Source of the DNA: Balanoglossus misakiensis
Lineage: Eukaryota; Animalia; Hemichordata
Length of the DNA stretch: 64,000 nucleotides
Assembly (NCBI GenBank): GCA_040954595.2
Contig: CM082584.2
Span: forward strand, 11,996,875 to 12,060,874
Direction: 5' to 3'
Each line of letters starts with the position of its first letter. Position 1 is the first letter of the stretch. The position numbers were made by a program, and so were the translations under genes. This document shows positions 42,801 to 56,745 of this stretch, piece after piece. The notes below the pieces were generated by a model. It saw only the letters and a program-made list of their open reading frames with translations. It was not told the DNA's origin and did not search any database.

Positions 42801-45800
42801 CCAAGAACACACACCTAATACTAATTTGTTTATTAACACACACACCTGTACATCTGATGCCTGTGGTGCCAGAGAGTCCTGGCCCTCGGTTGGTTGTTCC
42901 GATGATGTTAAGGCTGTGCTTGCTCTCTCGGCCTCAGCCTTGGCTGCTGCTTCGGCCTCCAACTTCTTTCTCACCTCTTCCTCCTTGGCGGCCTCTCTCT
43001 GAGAATGTAATTTGAATAATACATTACTCCATCTGGCCACAGTCTAGAAATCAGCTTTGTGATTGTCTAAACACAATTAACTGTTCTCCTGATCAGCTTT
43101 CACTGTCAGTATGGTCACTTGTCATATCAAGACAAACTCTATGTGAACTTTACCCTAGCAAAGAAGTCATCCAGAGCAAAGACCGCATTCTCATACGCCG
43201 TATCTCTGTCCTGATTTGCATCTATCTTGGTCAAACTGCCGAAACCGTTGAACCATTTCTCCAGTTTCTTCCAGGAGTCTAAAAAGCCAGTTATCCTGGA
43301 GTGGGAGGGAAAATTGTATGGATCCATTAATTGCATTGTCTGTTTCAATGTGTTGATATTATAATTAGACTGCATAGTAACCTAACCTTAACAACAGCAA
43401 CAATGAGAACGCATAAAAACGGACTGGTTTTCAGAAAATAATTGACCATACCTATGTTGCACTTGTTCTTGATCATGCGCCTCATCCTTCACAGGGATGA
43501 CTTTTTCCTGTTTGCCGATGCCTGTCATACTGCCCTCTGGTGGAGGGCGGTACTCTTGTTGGTATTCTTCATCACCTTGGACGGCCACTTTTTGGTAAAA
43601 AAAAAAAACAAGGAAAAAAAGATTCAGACATGACAAGAAAGTCAACTGATTTAAATTCTAAGCTACTAAAATGTTTGTTTTGATCAGATTCTGTCAATTG
43701 ATAAGCATTGTAACACACACAATTGAATAAGAGCAATTCTGAAGATAGTTTAAAAGAATCACGCTAGTGAGGTAATCATGGCAACCAAAATATCCTGGAT
43801 GAGCTTACCTTAAGATGCAGACATGCAAACGAGTCACACAGAAAACAAAATGACTGAGATATGATAGACAAGTACTTTAACTGAAAACATTTAATTATGA
43901 AAGGAACACCAGCTGTGGAAATGAACAAGTAACATACAAACAGTGCAACACCAACACCCACCATATTAGGAAATAAACAGACTTTAACATGCATTTCAAC
44001 CACACCATTCAAAGATATCCCTTGGGCAAAATATCTAATACACAAATCTGGTACAAGAAACATACAAACCAGACAGATAGTGACAGGTATATCACGGTGC
44101 AGGAAAACGAAAAACATACAAGCGATTCTTTAGCTTAACTTACATGTTCGACCAGAGGCCCTCCTCAGTGCTATTTCATCATCAATGTCAAACAAAACAA
44201 CGACATCGATAGCACTCACAGGCGCAGGTGGCTCCTTGGGCGGGTGAGGGTCCTGGGCCAATCGGCTCTTCTTGGTCTGAGACCTAGAGGGCCGTGCGTT
44301 GGCATCGTAGCCACTGAGAGCTTTCTCCAATAGCTTAGCTTGAGCGATGGTTGATGGGAAACCATCCATGATCCAGCCAGTTCCTTCCGGGACTCGCCTG
44401 TTAAATGTCAATAAAAAGCAAATTTCCATCACAATTTATACAAACATGTATTTATAAGCAGGTGGGCAAAAGTACCACTCCATGACTCACCTTATAGCCT
44501 CAACCATGATTTCAATGAGGAGATCATCTTTGATAGGCTGTCCCTTGCGAAGGAACGTGGTGGCTTTCTTCCCTAGCTTAGCTCTAGGAGTAAGCTGCAA
44601 TAACAATTAACAGAGATTCCAAATCAGATACGGAAGGTTTAGAAACATCTGGTTATACAGGTCTGGGATCAAAACATTGATTCACTAACAAACATACACA
44701 CACACACACCTCTGGCTTAGGAGCTGTTTTCTTCCTGGGTGTTTTCTTTCCGGACTTTCCTTGTGATCCGGCAGTTTGAGGCAAACTCTCACTCTCTTTG
44801 ACTTCCACGGGGGTCGTTCCAGTTCCTTCTGCCGTGTCCGGTTTCTTCTCCGGGTCTGCATCTTAAAAAATTATTTTCAGAAAATTATCATACTATCACA
44901 CTATCAGATATTTTACATCTGTGTTGATATTCTGCAAGGGGCATCATGTGTGATGTTATGTGAGGTGACCACCCCTGGAAATCCTCCATAGGTACAACCT
45001 CCCTACTGTGTTTATATGTGTGAGTGGCTCATACCATGGTGAACACAGGGGGTTCAGGGGTAATGTTTAGTGTGATAAATTGATATCAATCCTATAGACA
45101 TCTAAGAGAATCTATACTCATGTACAGTTTATGAGGGATCATATGATTCAAGATCTAAAATGCTGAAATCTGGTAGAGATTCTACAGAAAGTCTATTGCT
45201 AATTATAATGTATGATGTTTAAGAGCTTTGTACTGAATTCATATTAATCTCAGAGAGTACAATGTTAACATTTTCTGAGATTTTCTTGTTAAAATTAGCC
45301 AGAAAAATATTTGTGGATTATTGTGAATGGACAATGGAACTGATGAGTAAATCCAACATGATCCAAGAATGATGGTGCTTGATGAACATAACTTTTCAGT
45401 GTTTGATCACCAAATTCACACCAACATCCATGATCACTTCACACTAACCACCATCCCACTCTCAGAATGTCAGTTAACATTAACCCCTTTCACCACTTTG
45501 GTTTAGTCCAAATTCACTGTTTTCAATGATAAAGTTGGACCTCAGCAGGGGAGAAGTGGGTGGAAGTGTTAAAAAACATTCCTCGTCGGGAGAGTGAAAC
45601 AGTATAAAAAACACAACATGCAAAAGGCATGCATGTAAATATTGGACAGCAAAATTCAATATCAACAACTCTGGTAATCATTCCGAAACTTTAAGATTTT
45701 AGATAAAATAAAAGCCAAAAGAATTACAATGATCAACTTGAACACTTTACTAGGGACAGCCAGTGACAAAAAACACCCTGGACCAGATTATGCAAAATTT

Positions 45801-48800
45801 AAAGCCAATAAGCTCAAACAGAAATATGGCAAATACATGCTACAGTTGCAGTGTTAGGTACCACAGATGTGGCTAGCCAAATAAGAAAAGTCTGTGGCAT
45901 TAAAATGCACAAGAAATGCTCAAAGTCAAACTGCACATGCTATACTGAGGAAGTAGGCATACTTAGGCAAACTAGCAGAAAATGTGAAGCCAGTTATAGG
46001 TCAACTTGAAGCTAGCCAATAGCCACTGACCAGCACCACAGTGCAAGCTCATGGCTGTACTGACAAGCAAACTAAGTTCATTGGCAGTCAATGAACTTCC
46101 CATGCTCATCATCGCTCCACAAAAGCCATGCCAGTTTCAATCATGCCTAGCACAACCAGGAGACGGTTTTTGAGTCTACCTGTTTCTTTTGCCTCGCCCG
46201 CTTTCTCTTCAAGTTTGTTACTATCCTCCTGCATTGGCGAGGCTTGCCCTTGACCTTGGTCTGGTAACTGCTGTGTCTCAGTGAGATTAGGCGTAGGGGG
46301 AATAACATTGACTAGAGAGAGAACATCCACCATGAGAAAAACACACAAAAGCCAGGTAAATTAAACAAAAGTAAAAGACGAAAACAAAAAGACATTAAGA
46401 GATAGAGAAAGAGAGAATAATTGAGTTTAATACGGTACATGAAGTGGTGACATCTTCACCTTTTCACCCCCATTTTCTGAACATCCCATTGTTTCCAGTG
46501 GTTTGGTTGGACCAGTCCACTGGAAAATGGGGGTGAGATGGCCGTGGTCACATTGTTGAGGTTAGTACGTGCAAGACAAAAGTCATAGTTTAGAAGAACC
46601 AATACCACATTATTATTACTACACCAGTATTATACTTTTTGTTGCAATGGGCACTTTGAAAGCTTGACTTGAACTTTGCAGACTTGATGTGATTTTAATA
46701 CTACATGTACATGTGTGGTCACATATCTTTTCTTGTCATACATGAAAATTCTGAGAAGCAAAACAGAGCAGCTGATGTTGACAGGCTAATACTCTGAGAT
46801 CCGTACATTGATATTATTCCATGCTATCAAACATCAGCAACTTTGCTAGGTTTTTTTCTCCAGAATTTCCATGACAAGAGAACACCTTTGCCAATAGTAC
46901 AGTCACTGTATTTTATTCCAAAACCAGACCAATAACTCTTTGTTTTGGTTTTGAAACAGGGAAGGCTTTTTAATTAATGTAATTATTCTTGCTGGGCAGT
47001 GTCAATTGTGCCTAAGATACATATTTGTCATCTTTGAAAGTTCTACAATACTCACTTTGATTAGATACTACACTACCATATTTGTGGGTGTGTGGTTGGA
47101 TAGTGAGTGTGAAAAAAGGGGATTGTGTTATTTACTTTTTGTGTTAATCAGGACAGAGGTTTTGTACTTGTAACGGAATATAAAAGAGGTATTGATATCA
47201 AAGGACCTATTAGTTGTTAAGTGAACTTGGAGGTGAAACAAAATTGGAAAAAAGGTACAAACGTTACAGAAAACAAAGTGTGAAATAATAAGACTGAAAT
47301 GTATGAAAATATTGAGTTAATTATAAACAAGTCATAAAAGAATAAACATAAACAAACAAAAACTGAGAATATCTATAAACATGCACATATTAGTAAAATT
47401 AAAAACGTAAAACGCATGCAGTATTTAAATGAACAACACATATTTGAACCAAACATAAAAGTGCCTTACTCATGTGTGTTGAATTGTTTTCGCTTTTATG
47501 TGTATCAGTGTGTGTGTGTGTGAGTGTCGATGTGCATCTCTTTGTGGGTGTCTGTCAGTGGTTTTGGTTCCCTTTTGAAGGTAAAAGCTAGGGGCAATAT
47601 GTACATTGTATGAGACAGATTCTTTCATACAATACATAAATAGGGGTTGGGGGTCAAACGGCAAAATCTGGTTTTACACCATACTCCACAATATGCCAGC
47701 AATAGGAACTTACTTTCTTGTGAGGATATGACTTCTGTTGCTTGTCCCTCTGCACTTGTAACTCCGCCCACCTCAGCTCCGCCCTCTTCAACATCAGCTT
47801 GCTGAAACAAAATTTGACAGTATGATCGTTAAATAGACGAATATGTTATCTTTGTGTACAAAATAAAAAAGTTTCTTATGATTTTTTTCACTTACAGCAG
47901 TGGGATCTGGTAATTCCAAAACTTCTCCATTTTTAAAAGCATCTACGGCTTCTGCCACCAGCTTGTCGATATTCAGGGCTTCCACACGACGCTCTGTTCA
48001 AGAAGAGGGAAAGGCAAACATTTAGGAAGTAGAGAATAATGGCATTGCAATATTAGAGACTGTTTCATGCACTCAGTTTATGACCACCTCAGGTAATTTT
48101 TTTAGGATGAGCTATTGATGCTTACTGATGTAAAGAATCTGTTCAATTTCTAGAGACATGCTAAGTTCATTAGTTGGTTTTGCAAACTGATCCAATGTGG
48201 ATAATAGTCTCTCACCTCCCAACAACCTTTGCAGGGCTGTTGTCTTTCCACTGAAAAGTTTTCCTAGGAAGCACGCCTTAATCGGGAAAGGTGGAAACTC
48301 TGGTGCTTCAGGAGGAGGCTGTGAAAATAGGCACAATGATTAATTGTCATGCCAACAAGAAAATATAGAAAATGAATTGTAAGAAACCTAGAATACTTAC
48401 TGAGGGAGGATGTACAATGTCAAATAATCTCTTGATAATGTGTCCAAGAATCGCATTGTTTTTGGGAGGACCTTTGACCTCTCCATCCTCAGGGGGCTGC
48501 CACTCTTTAACCATATTCTGTCACCAAACAAAGAAAACAAATTACTTTCATGGAAGAAATGTTATTTTGTTGAAATGTCTACAATTGCAATGGCAACTCT
48601 GATGCACAGAGTTTAAGGTTTTACATTGGAAACATCTCTTTACACTTACTTTGTATTCCAAGAAATCTCCTTCGTCAAGAAGTTGTTGTCTTTCTTCTTC
48701 CAGTCCTGTATCTTTGTCAGTTTCCTCGACGACCTCAACTTCCTGTAAGAAAAACAGCAAACATCTCAAAATACAGATATTGTATTTTGAATCAAATTCT

Positions 48801-51800
48801 CAAATCCAGTATACTGACAGTTTAGCCAAACTTACTTATTACACTTAGAAATAAGTTGGCAGTACCAGTGCTGGACAGAGAGACAAAAAATAACATCAAA
48901 TAAAAATATTGTACCGGCAACGTAGAAGCATGCATGTGATCTTACCTCTGGTTCTTCGTAGATAGGTTTGCCCTCTGTGAAGAGTAATGTCCAATCTCGC
49001 ATCAGCTTTGGTGGCAGCAGCCTGCAATGACAGTAATGTGTCATTATGGACATTTCCTTTATTAGACCAGTTAATTTCGTTTATATCCTCATAAAGTTGT
49101 CCTACTGCCTGTGATCCATTTGAAGGGAAAACTTACTTGTCTGTGAGATCCCTGTATTCTCCGACCTTGCACGAGAAATCCACAATCTGCAGGAGGATCT
49201 CCATGCAGGTCTGGTAGTGTTTGTTGTACTTGGCCTCAGCCCTCTCTGCGGCTATCTTGTCATGTAGTTCTTTGTCCTTGCGTGTCTGTTCAGCGTACTC
49301 CACTTTGGCTAGTCTGGCCATCTCCTGCAGGGATGAATCAGTTTGAGAAATTGTCACGTCTACTATATAGTACCTAGGCTAGGAGCTCATTCAGGCTAGC
49401 CACAATCAAAACCCCCCCCCCCCCCCCCCACCCCTATGATCTTAGGATCATAATACGAACCGCTATACCACACAAACCACGCAACACCACACACAAAATG
49501 CACAACATTTATTGAACGAATCAGCTTACAGCTTCTCTGTTCAAGGCATCGAGGAAATCCTTCATTCGTCTCTCTTCGTATTGCTTCTCTCGGAATATTC
49601 TGTTCTGTCGGATGATTTCCTTTTCGTGCCTGGCTTGCAGCAACTGCACAGCGATGCGTCTCTCTTGCTGCGACTGCCGCATCAGACGATTCACCAGCAT
49701 TTCTTCACGCCTTGCATCCTACAGGAAAGGAGTCAATTACGATGACATTATCAACTTTTTTTTTCCAAATAAACTCCCTGTGGTGGCATTAGTGTCAGGG
49801 ACTGCTTCCTACTGGGACTTGGAAAGATACTGTAGAATGTGTTTTGTTGAAATCCTGAGACTTATTTTCTACCAGTACCACAATTATAATGAATTAAAAT
49901 AAAATAAGCTGAACATTCATCGCACCTCCTGTGTTTCATGCGCTTTCAGTTGATCGACTAAAACTTTTCTCCTTCGTTTTTCTCTCTCTTCTCTGGCAAC
50001 GGAATCTTCTTGCAGACGTTTCTTGATCTTTCCAATGTATTCATCATTGGAACCAAGCTAGTGATGGGGAAAAAAGGATGAGAATAGATCATCATATGTT
50101 GTGGTTGTCAGAATCAGCTGCCTGCAATCTTAGAAGCTCTTTCATTGGATGAATGACTGATTCCTAAGGAGCAGAGATATGACAATAAAGCCAAAGTTTA
50201 CCTTGAGTAGTTCAAGTTGTTCAGATTTGGGTCTTTCAGTTTCCTCCTTGATGTATTGTATTAAATCTTCATCCATATCCCTGAATGAAAGTAAAATTCA
50301 ATGGCGTGTTTCCATCAGGTCAACATTAAAAAAGGTTTCTTGTTTTACTTTTAGATGAAAACAATCTACTTTATTTACTTCAATGGACAAGTTTTCAGAT
50401 GTTTAAGCAAGACTTTTATCCCCACTGAAAGAAATGTATGATGGCCAAGTGACTTACATGTCATCTCCTGATGGAGGAACCACACTCTTCAACTTCATTT
50501 CAAAATCTGCAATCTGCCGTCTGGTCAGGTCTGCTTCTTGTCTCTTCCGCAACTCTTTTCTGAGACTGATGGCTTTCAGGGTCTTGTTTGGTGGTGGCTT
50601 TGGTATGTGCACTGTTGCAGCTCTACACACGGAACAGATGGAGAAAAGTGGGTGTAAGAGAGAGAGAACAAAAATACAGGGGTCCAGTGGGTTGGCCAAC
50701 TTTACACTGAGAATATATCTCATAACTTTGAACTTACTGAAGCCTGGCCACCATTTCAGTCCTGGTCTGTCTCAACTGACGTGCTTTTTCTAACTCTAAT
50801 TCTCTCTGTTCCTGTTGCCACTTCCGCAGGTTCTCCTCAGCTTCATATCGGGTCTGGAACTCCACTTCAATGTGCTCCTTCTTCTTTTCCCGGAATTTAT
50901 CAACAAGTCCATCCAGATCCAAATCGGTCTGACGAGGAGTCATATGTTTTAACCTCTGGAAAGAAAAAAACCAGTACATTTCAACTATTGTTATTGATAT
51001 TTCATCAGATGTATGTTGGTACAAGTCAATAGTATTTCAAACCCTCTGGCCATTTTCATCTCCATACATGTAACATACAGTCACTGTGTTCGGATACAAG
51101 TCAAATACACATAAATGACAGGCACCTCAATGTACATGGCTCGCTCCATACTCTCTAACTTGACCGGAGCCGATGGCCTCATGGTCTCCATAGCCACTCC
51201 GGTTAGGTTGGACTTCTTCTTATTGTTCAGTGCAATGAAGAGCTGGTACATGATTCTCGTTGCGACGCCTTGCTTCTCCGTCATGATGTCTCGGGCGATG
51301 TTGGTGTCGAAGGGCACACCCAGAAGATGCAGCGTGGGTTCCAGGCGGGTGAAGTTGTTGAGCCTGGAATCAGTCGTTCTGCAGAGGAATTGTGAAGGAA
51401 TCAATCAAAGTACATGTACCTCAAAATGAGAGTCTACTGACTCTTGAGATGAAACAGAAACAGTTATCATAAATATTGATGACATAACACTTACAGTGAA
51501 GAAAACTGATAATGTAATGTTTTAAATGACAAAATTAAAATCTTACCTGCTCTTAGAAAATGCGTCAAAGTCATCCTGCAGCTGATATTTCTGCAGGACC
51601 TCGCCAATCAGATAACCAGTGGAAAACTCCTTGGCAAAACTATCCGCCTCTGCAGAAATAATTATCATCATGGATGTAATTATAAGTGAGAGTGTTGTGT
51701 GTCATTTAGACAGGGCCTGGAGGGATTCACCCCCTGCTGACACCCCCTAGCAATTTGTCAAGGGAAGACCAGTGCCCTTTAAAATGATGTCACTCACATG

Positions 51801-52180
51801 TTGGAGATACATGTATTAGTATTACATTTCCCCTTGCCAGACTGGATTCCCCCTCAAAATATTCTGGCAAATGGGGACATACAATTACATGTATTGGGGG
51901 GGGAGGGGGTATTACACCTGTTATGACCACTTGTATGATTTGACCGTTAGGTACATTTTTGTAAAAAACGCCTGATGTTTTATACTGTTTTTCACAAACG
52001 GTCTGTCAAACACTACATTTCGCACTGGGCCCATAATCGATAGATACTAGGTGAATGACAATACACAGTGTTGTATCATGGCTCCATGGTTGTATGTACG
52101 GTACGTTGGCAATGAGACTTACCCACTCTCTTGGCGAGCTGCAGCTCATCATTGAGCCATCTGCACAATATATCCGTCAT
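33838..52180 (-). CDS. SPEF2: Sperm flagellar protein 2 (KPL2; ciliary central-pair protein), many exons
   Basis: N-terminus MTDILCRWLNDELQLAKRV..SFAKEFSTGYLIGEVLQKYQLQDDF, then SRLNNFTRLEPTLHLLGVPFD (CH-like domain), coiled coils, adenylate-kinase-like ACFLGKLFSGKTT and GWIMDGFP, LAPHWETVESSY, KAELHKRIE, WLEDRMGLLTNHY, and an EF-hand-like C-terminal region. The last exon DFKAIF...KTAVD ends at TGA 33838-33840. Not every internal exon boundary was traced. Confidence 0.93.
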
Positions 52181-52662
52181 TTTGCCTGTCTTTTATATCA
52201 AAACAGTCGGTTTAATTATTTTACGGACATCATCATAAGAAAATAACGTAAATTCCTTGCAGTCCGGACGGGACGTGCAGAATACAATGCACATAAACAA
52301 AAATCCAATATGGCCGCGTCGACATGGCAACAACACTTCATGTCAAAACTTCTCTGATTGGCTGATTGAGGGAGCCCTAATTCCATAACAGAAAACCTGA
52401 TAGGCCGTTTGCGTTGTGAACTGTGTGAAAATTTCGTAGAAATTTTTATAAAATATAGCCGCAAAGGTTATTTTATAGGTTAAATAATGAAGATTATTGC
52501 TTTTATGATTAAAACATACTCTTTGGATAGAAGATAATGCACATTCATTTCTCTCGAAAAGTTAAAGTTCAAAAGTCAAAGGTTATGTCAATTCGAGACA
52601 TGTGTTAACTTCCTGATCGCTTCACTTTCGCGTAGAATTTACTGAATACGTCCAATTTCAGG
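52181..52662. promoter_or_regulatory. Bidirectional promoter region SPEF2 / EIF2D with X-box and CCAAT motif
   Basis: 482 bp between divergent ATGs. GTCGACATGGCAAC at 52318-52331 matches GTTGCCATGGCAAC at 12/14; CTGATTGG lies at ~52354. Confidence 0.65.
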
Positions 52663-52820
52663 ATGTTTCACAAACCATTCCGCGTAAAATCAAACACAAC
52701 AATAAAAGGATCTGACAGGTTAGTGATTTTTGTTCGAATTACTACAAATGAGTACCATATTGTTATAATGAATGCTACATGATGATGATGATGATGATGA
52801 TCATGATGATGATGATCATG

Positions 52821-52853
<33 letters not shown>

Positions 52854-55800
52854 ATGATGATCATGATGATGATCATGATCATGATGAAATGATGATGATA
52901 CATTGCACTATTTATTATTTTACTTTTAGACGCAAACTGAAAGCTGACATTGGAAACCAGTTTCCAAGTTTGTCTGAAACTGACCTGCGTGATATAATTC
53001 CAAATAAGGATGAGATGTCTGTCATGAAACTGTACACCCATGCAGGGCAAAATGTAATTGCATACTGTCTTCACAAGAATCCAATTTTCTTCGAGGTTGA
53101 CAAACGACTATTTCCAACAGGTATGTTTTTTCAGTTTGAATCCTTTACATTTATGAACTATGAAATGGGGTAAGTTATAACATAATATCAAACTGACTAT
53201 TGTTCCGTATTACTTTGCAGTGTACACAGTCTGGAAGTATCCTGATATAATTCCTGTATTTTCAACATGGCCTACGGTCTTTGGGAATTTAGCCGGAGGT
53301 GCTGGTAGGTATTTATCACTTTGCTATCAGACTGTATCAAATAACAAACTAACTGACGATGTTTTCAGTGGATGTGTTCTACTACTGGATACTTAATCTT
53401 CAATTCTGGTCCATTCTGGTTCTGTTTCAGATTTAATGTTACCAGGGGTTGTTCCACCACCAGAAGGGCTCCCACAAGTGAAGAAAAACGACGTATGTGC
53501 CATCAACCTTGTTGGCAACAGGGCAGCCGTTGCCATAGGAACAGCTACCAAGTCAACAGGAGACATGCTAGATGCTGGGATGAGAGGCAAAGGTATATTG
53601 GTGGCCCACACATACCAGGATCAGTTGTGGTGAGTTGAGGAGATAGTTCTTTTACAGTTGCCAACACAGAAAAGAAGTACTTTATTCAGATGCTAAAATC
53701 TTATCATGACATTTAATTGTAGGAGCCATGGTGATAAAACAGGACTTCCAGTAATCGCTATGGAAACAGCGGAAAAGTCAGCTGCCGAGGCACCCAGTGA
53801 GGCCGACGCGTCACAGACCGTGGCTGAAGAAAGGGCGGAAGGAAGTGAGGCCCCTCCTGCTAGTGACTTTGAAAACTTGGCCGTTGATGACGCACAGGCA
53901 CAAGTGGCAGATGTGGGAACAAGTGAGAATGTGAAAGGAGAAACTGATGACCTTGAAGTTGGTGCTGTTGGGGGCACAGAGGAAAGTGAGGTCAATGACC
54001 TTGAGGAAGAAGACAGCAGGACTCCAACAGGTAGAGACTATGAAAGTTATCGATTTTAGAAGCAAGCTGAAATCAGGCATAGTAGGTGTATTACTCATAA
54101 CAGTACTGTATTTAACGTTTAATTTTAAACACACACATTTCAGAGCAAGCTATCCAATATATATTTACATTATTTTCTCTCTCTCTCTCTTTGGTTCACA
54201 GAACGGATGGATGATTTGTTGTACACATGCTTTTTGCATGCTCTCAAGACAAATGTGAAGAAAACTGATATCCCCTTACTTACCAGTAAATTCTTCAGGT
54301 CACATCTCCTTGCTGTCTGGTAAGAAATAATGCAATATCCAGTAACATAGACAGGAAGAGGACATGCTGAACTGTCAAAAAAAGAAACCATACTCACTGA
54401 AACTTAAGCAATACACAACCATTAAAAGTCAAATATTATTAATTGCCACAACTTATATTTTTGCAGCCCACCAGGTGAAGTTCTGGACATCAAGAAGTCA
54501 AGTTACAAGAAATTGTCCAAGTTTCTGGGAGCAATGGCTAAAAAGGGACTGATAGCCATGAAAGAATTACAGAAAGGTGTTGACAGCATTGTGGAAGTTC
54601 GCAAGGATCACCCAGAGTATGTCAACCTCTTTCCCCTCTGAAGTCTATTATATGATCTCTTGGCACAATACTCATTTATGATATTTCATTTCTTTGTATG
54701 AAATTCTAATAGATATTTCATTTAATTTGTAGAGTAAGACACTTCCAGGTGCCCGATTACAGTACTGAATTGGCAGAAGAACCTGCAACAGCGCCACCAA
54801 GTGGCGAATATGTTCCTCCTGAAATCATTGAGCTGCACAGTGTCAACGCAGCCACGTTGCCACTCTTCCAATCACTCGGCTACAAGTAAGAAATAAATTT
54901 CATATTGTAACTCATATCTGTAAATGAACACACTGCAAAACTACGGAAGTAAGGTGTGGCAAAAAACAGTCTCAAAACCATCTGACTTGAAATGTTTCTG
55001 GTTTCATGCTCTGTCCCATGTCAGTAGACACTTGACAAAACTTAACCCTACATACCAAACAATTTTCTCTGTGCTTATATTTTTGCAAAGCTCATGAAGC
55101 TGTATTGTATTACTAGGTTCACACTCTTTGACCTATGACCTTCATGACATGAAAACAATGTAAGATATCCGTTTCCACGTCTTGTATTGAAGGAGGTTTC
55201 AATCATGAACATCTACACCAATGTTATCAGAAGCCTTATTTATAAATGTATAATGACTCTGTCAAACAGTTTTAATTTCATTTCAGGAAAGGTGCCTGGT
55301 TGACACCTCTCGAAGTGAGGAGTGTGATCACTGAGTATGTCAAAAGCAATGAGCTGGTTGATAAAAGGTAAACACCTCTAATATTAACCTCGCCACCCCT
55401 GTCTTCACATACATGGGTCCAAGTCACGCCACTGAACCCAGATGGATGAAATGGTCACTCTTGATTTCACTTTGGACGCTGTCCAGACATGCATATGTGG
55501 TGATTTTATGATGGCAGACTCAATAAGAGTTGTCAAGAGTCACAGATGAATGGTCAGTGTCCCTGGGGCATTCTAAGGCTTGTTAGGACAACCTGGGGAG
55601 GGGGAGGTTTTGGGTCAGTACTCTGTGTATGCAGCAATTTAAAATGCAAGAATTTTATGCCCTGGGCCGAGAATCAACACACCATACTGTTTACCCAAAA
55701 TAATCATATTTTCATTTCTGTTCAATTTCAGCCAAGTTGTGATGAATCCACAGTTGACAGACGCTCTGCTACGCAAAGATGAACACCACATCACACATCT

Positions 55801-56745
55801 GCGATGGGACGAAGTCTTCCAAAGGTAGAGTGTTTTAATGTAAAAAATGCTTGGATTTGTGATCTGATGGTCGTGTAATCAAAGGCCGGTTGGTGTCAGA
55901 GGTTCAGATGGGGAAAGTGCAGCAAATCTCATCTGTCTGAAGCACACTAAACAAAACTTTTCCCATTTTCCTCTACACTTTTCCCATTAGGTGTTACAAC
56001 CAAATGGGGTCAGGGTATCAGCTTACGTTTCCGGGGCAACCACAACTGAGAGATGGTGGTGTCAAGAAAGGTAAACTGCCAAGTATAAACATCAACACAG
56101 AGCAGAGGACAGGCAACAAGAAGGTAATTATCCCTCTCCCAAGTTGTGGTTGATTTCACATATTGCCAGTGGTGATTCTACAGTGAGGTCACCCGCCATC
56201 AAACACTGCATCGTACATTCCAGAAGAATGCCTCCATCCAAGCCACAAAACTCCCAACCTCCTCTATCTTTTTTTCCTTTCTTCAGGTGACGCTGGTTCA
56301 GAATCTTGAGACGTTTGGCATCGACCCCAAATCATTTGCGCACAAAGTTCAAGTCGGGGTCGCGGCAAGCACCGCCATCAGTGCAATAGCGGGAAAGACG
56401 ACTGGATCACAGGTCCTCATCCAAGGCAATCAAATCAACTATGTCGCCCAGTTGCTTCTAGGTAGGAAAGGTTTCTGTCAAACTCAGGAATTCCTGTTGG
56501 TCACATGCCTTTTGGGACTAAAGAATCCTGCCAATACCAGAATGTGCAGTACCAGGATGTACGACCTACTTTATAGTACATGCAAATGTCAAGCCTATGC
56601 CTACAGCAACTGAGTCATAAACTGATAATTTATTACACCTGTCACATATGTCTTTCTACCTTCTGTTGCAGACGAATATAAAATTCCTAAAAAGTACGTC
56701 CAGGGATTAGAAAAGGCCCCCAAGTCGGGAAAGAAGAAGAGATGA
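52663..56745 (+). CDS. EIF2D: Eukaryotic translation initiation factor 2D (ligatin; PUA, SWIB, SUI1 domains), multi-exon
   Basis: MFHKPFRVKSNTTIKGSDR|RKLKADI, PTVYTVWKYP, GGADLMLPGVV, LDIKKSSYKKLSKFL, SUI1 domain QRTGNKKVTLVQNLETFGIDP...VLIQGNQ, ending IPKKYVQGLEKAPKSGKKKR-TGA. Confidence 0.96.
52778..52899. repeat. (GAT/CAT)n trinucleotide microsatellite in EIF2D intron 1
   Basis: ~40 triplets of GAT interspersed with CAT between the GT donor at ~52719 and the AG acceptor at ~52929. Confidence 0.92.

Noticed and set aside
33386-52464. Numerous plus-strand and alternative-frame ORFs across SPEF2
   Set aside because: They are antisense or off-frame shadows of SPEF2 exons and introns.
52772-53173. 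Poly-Asp/His and poly-Ile/Met ORFs
   Set aside because: They are translations of the intronic GAT/CAT microsatellite read into, or antisense to, EIF2D exon 2.
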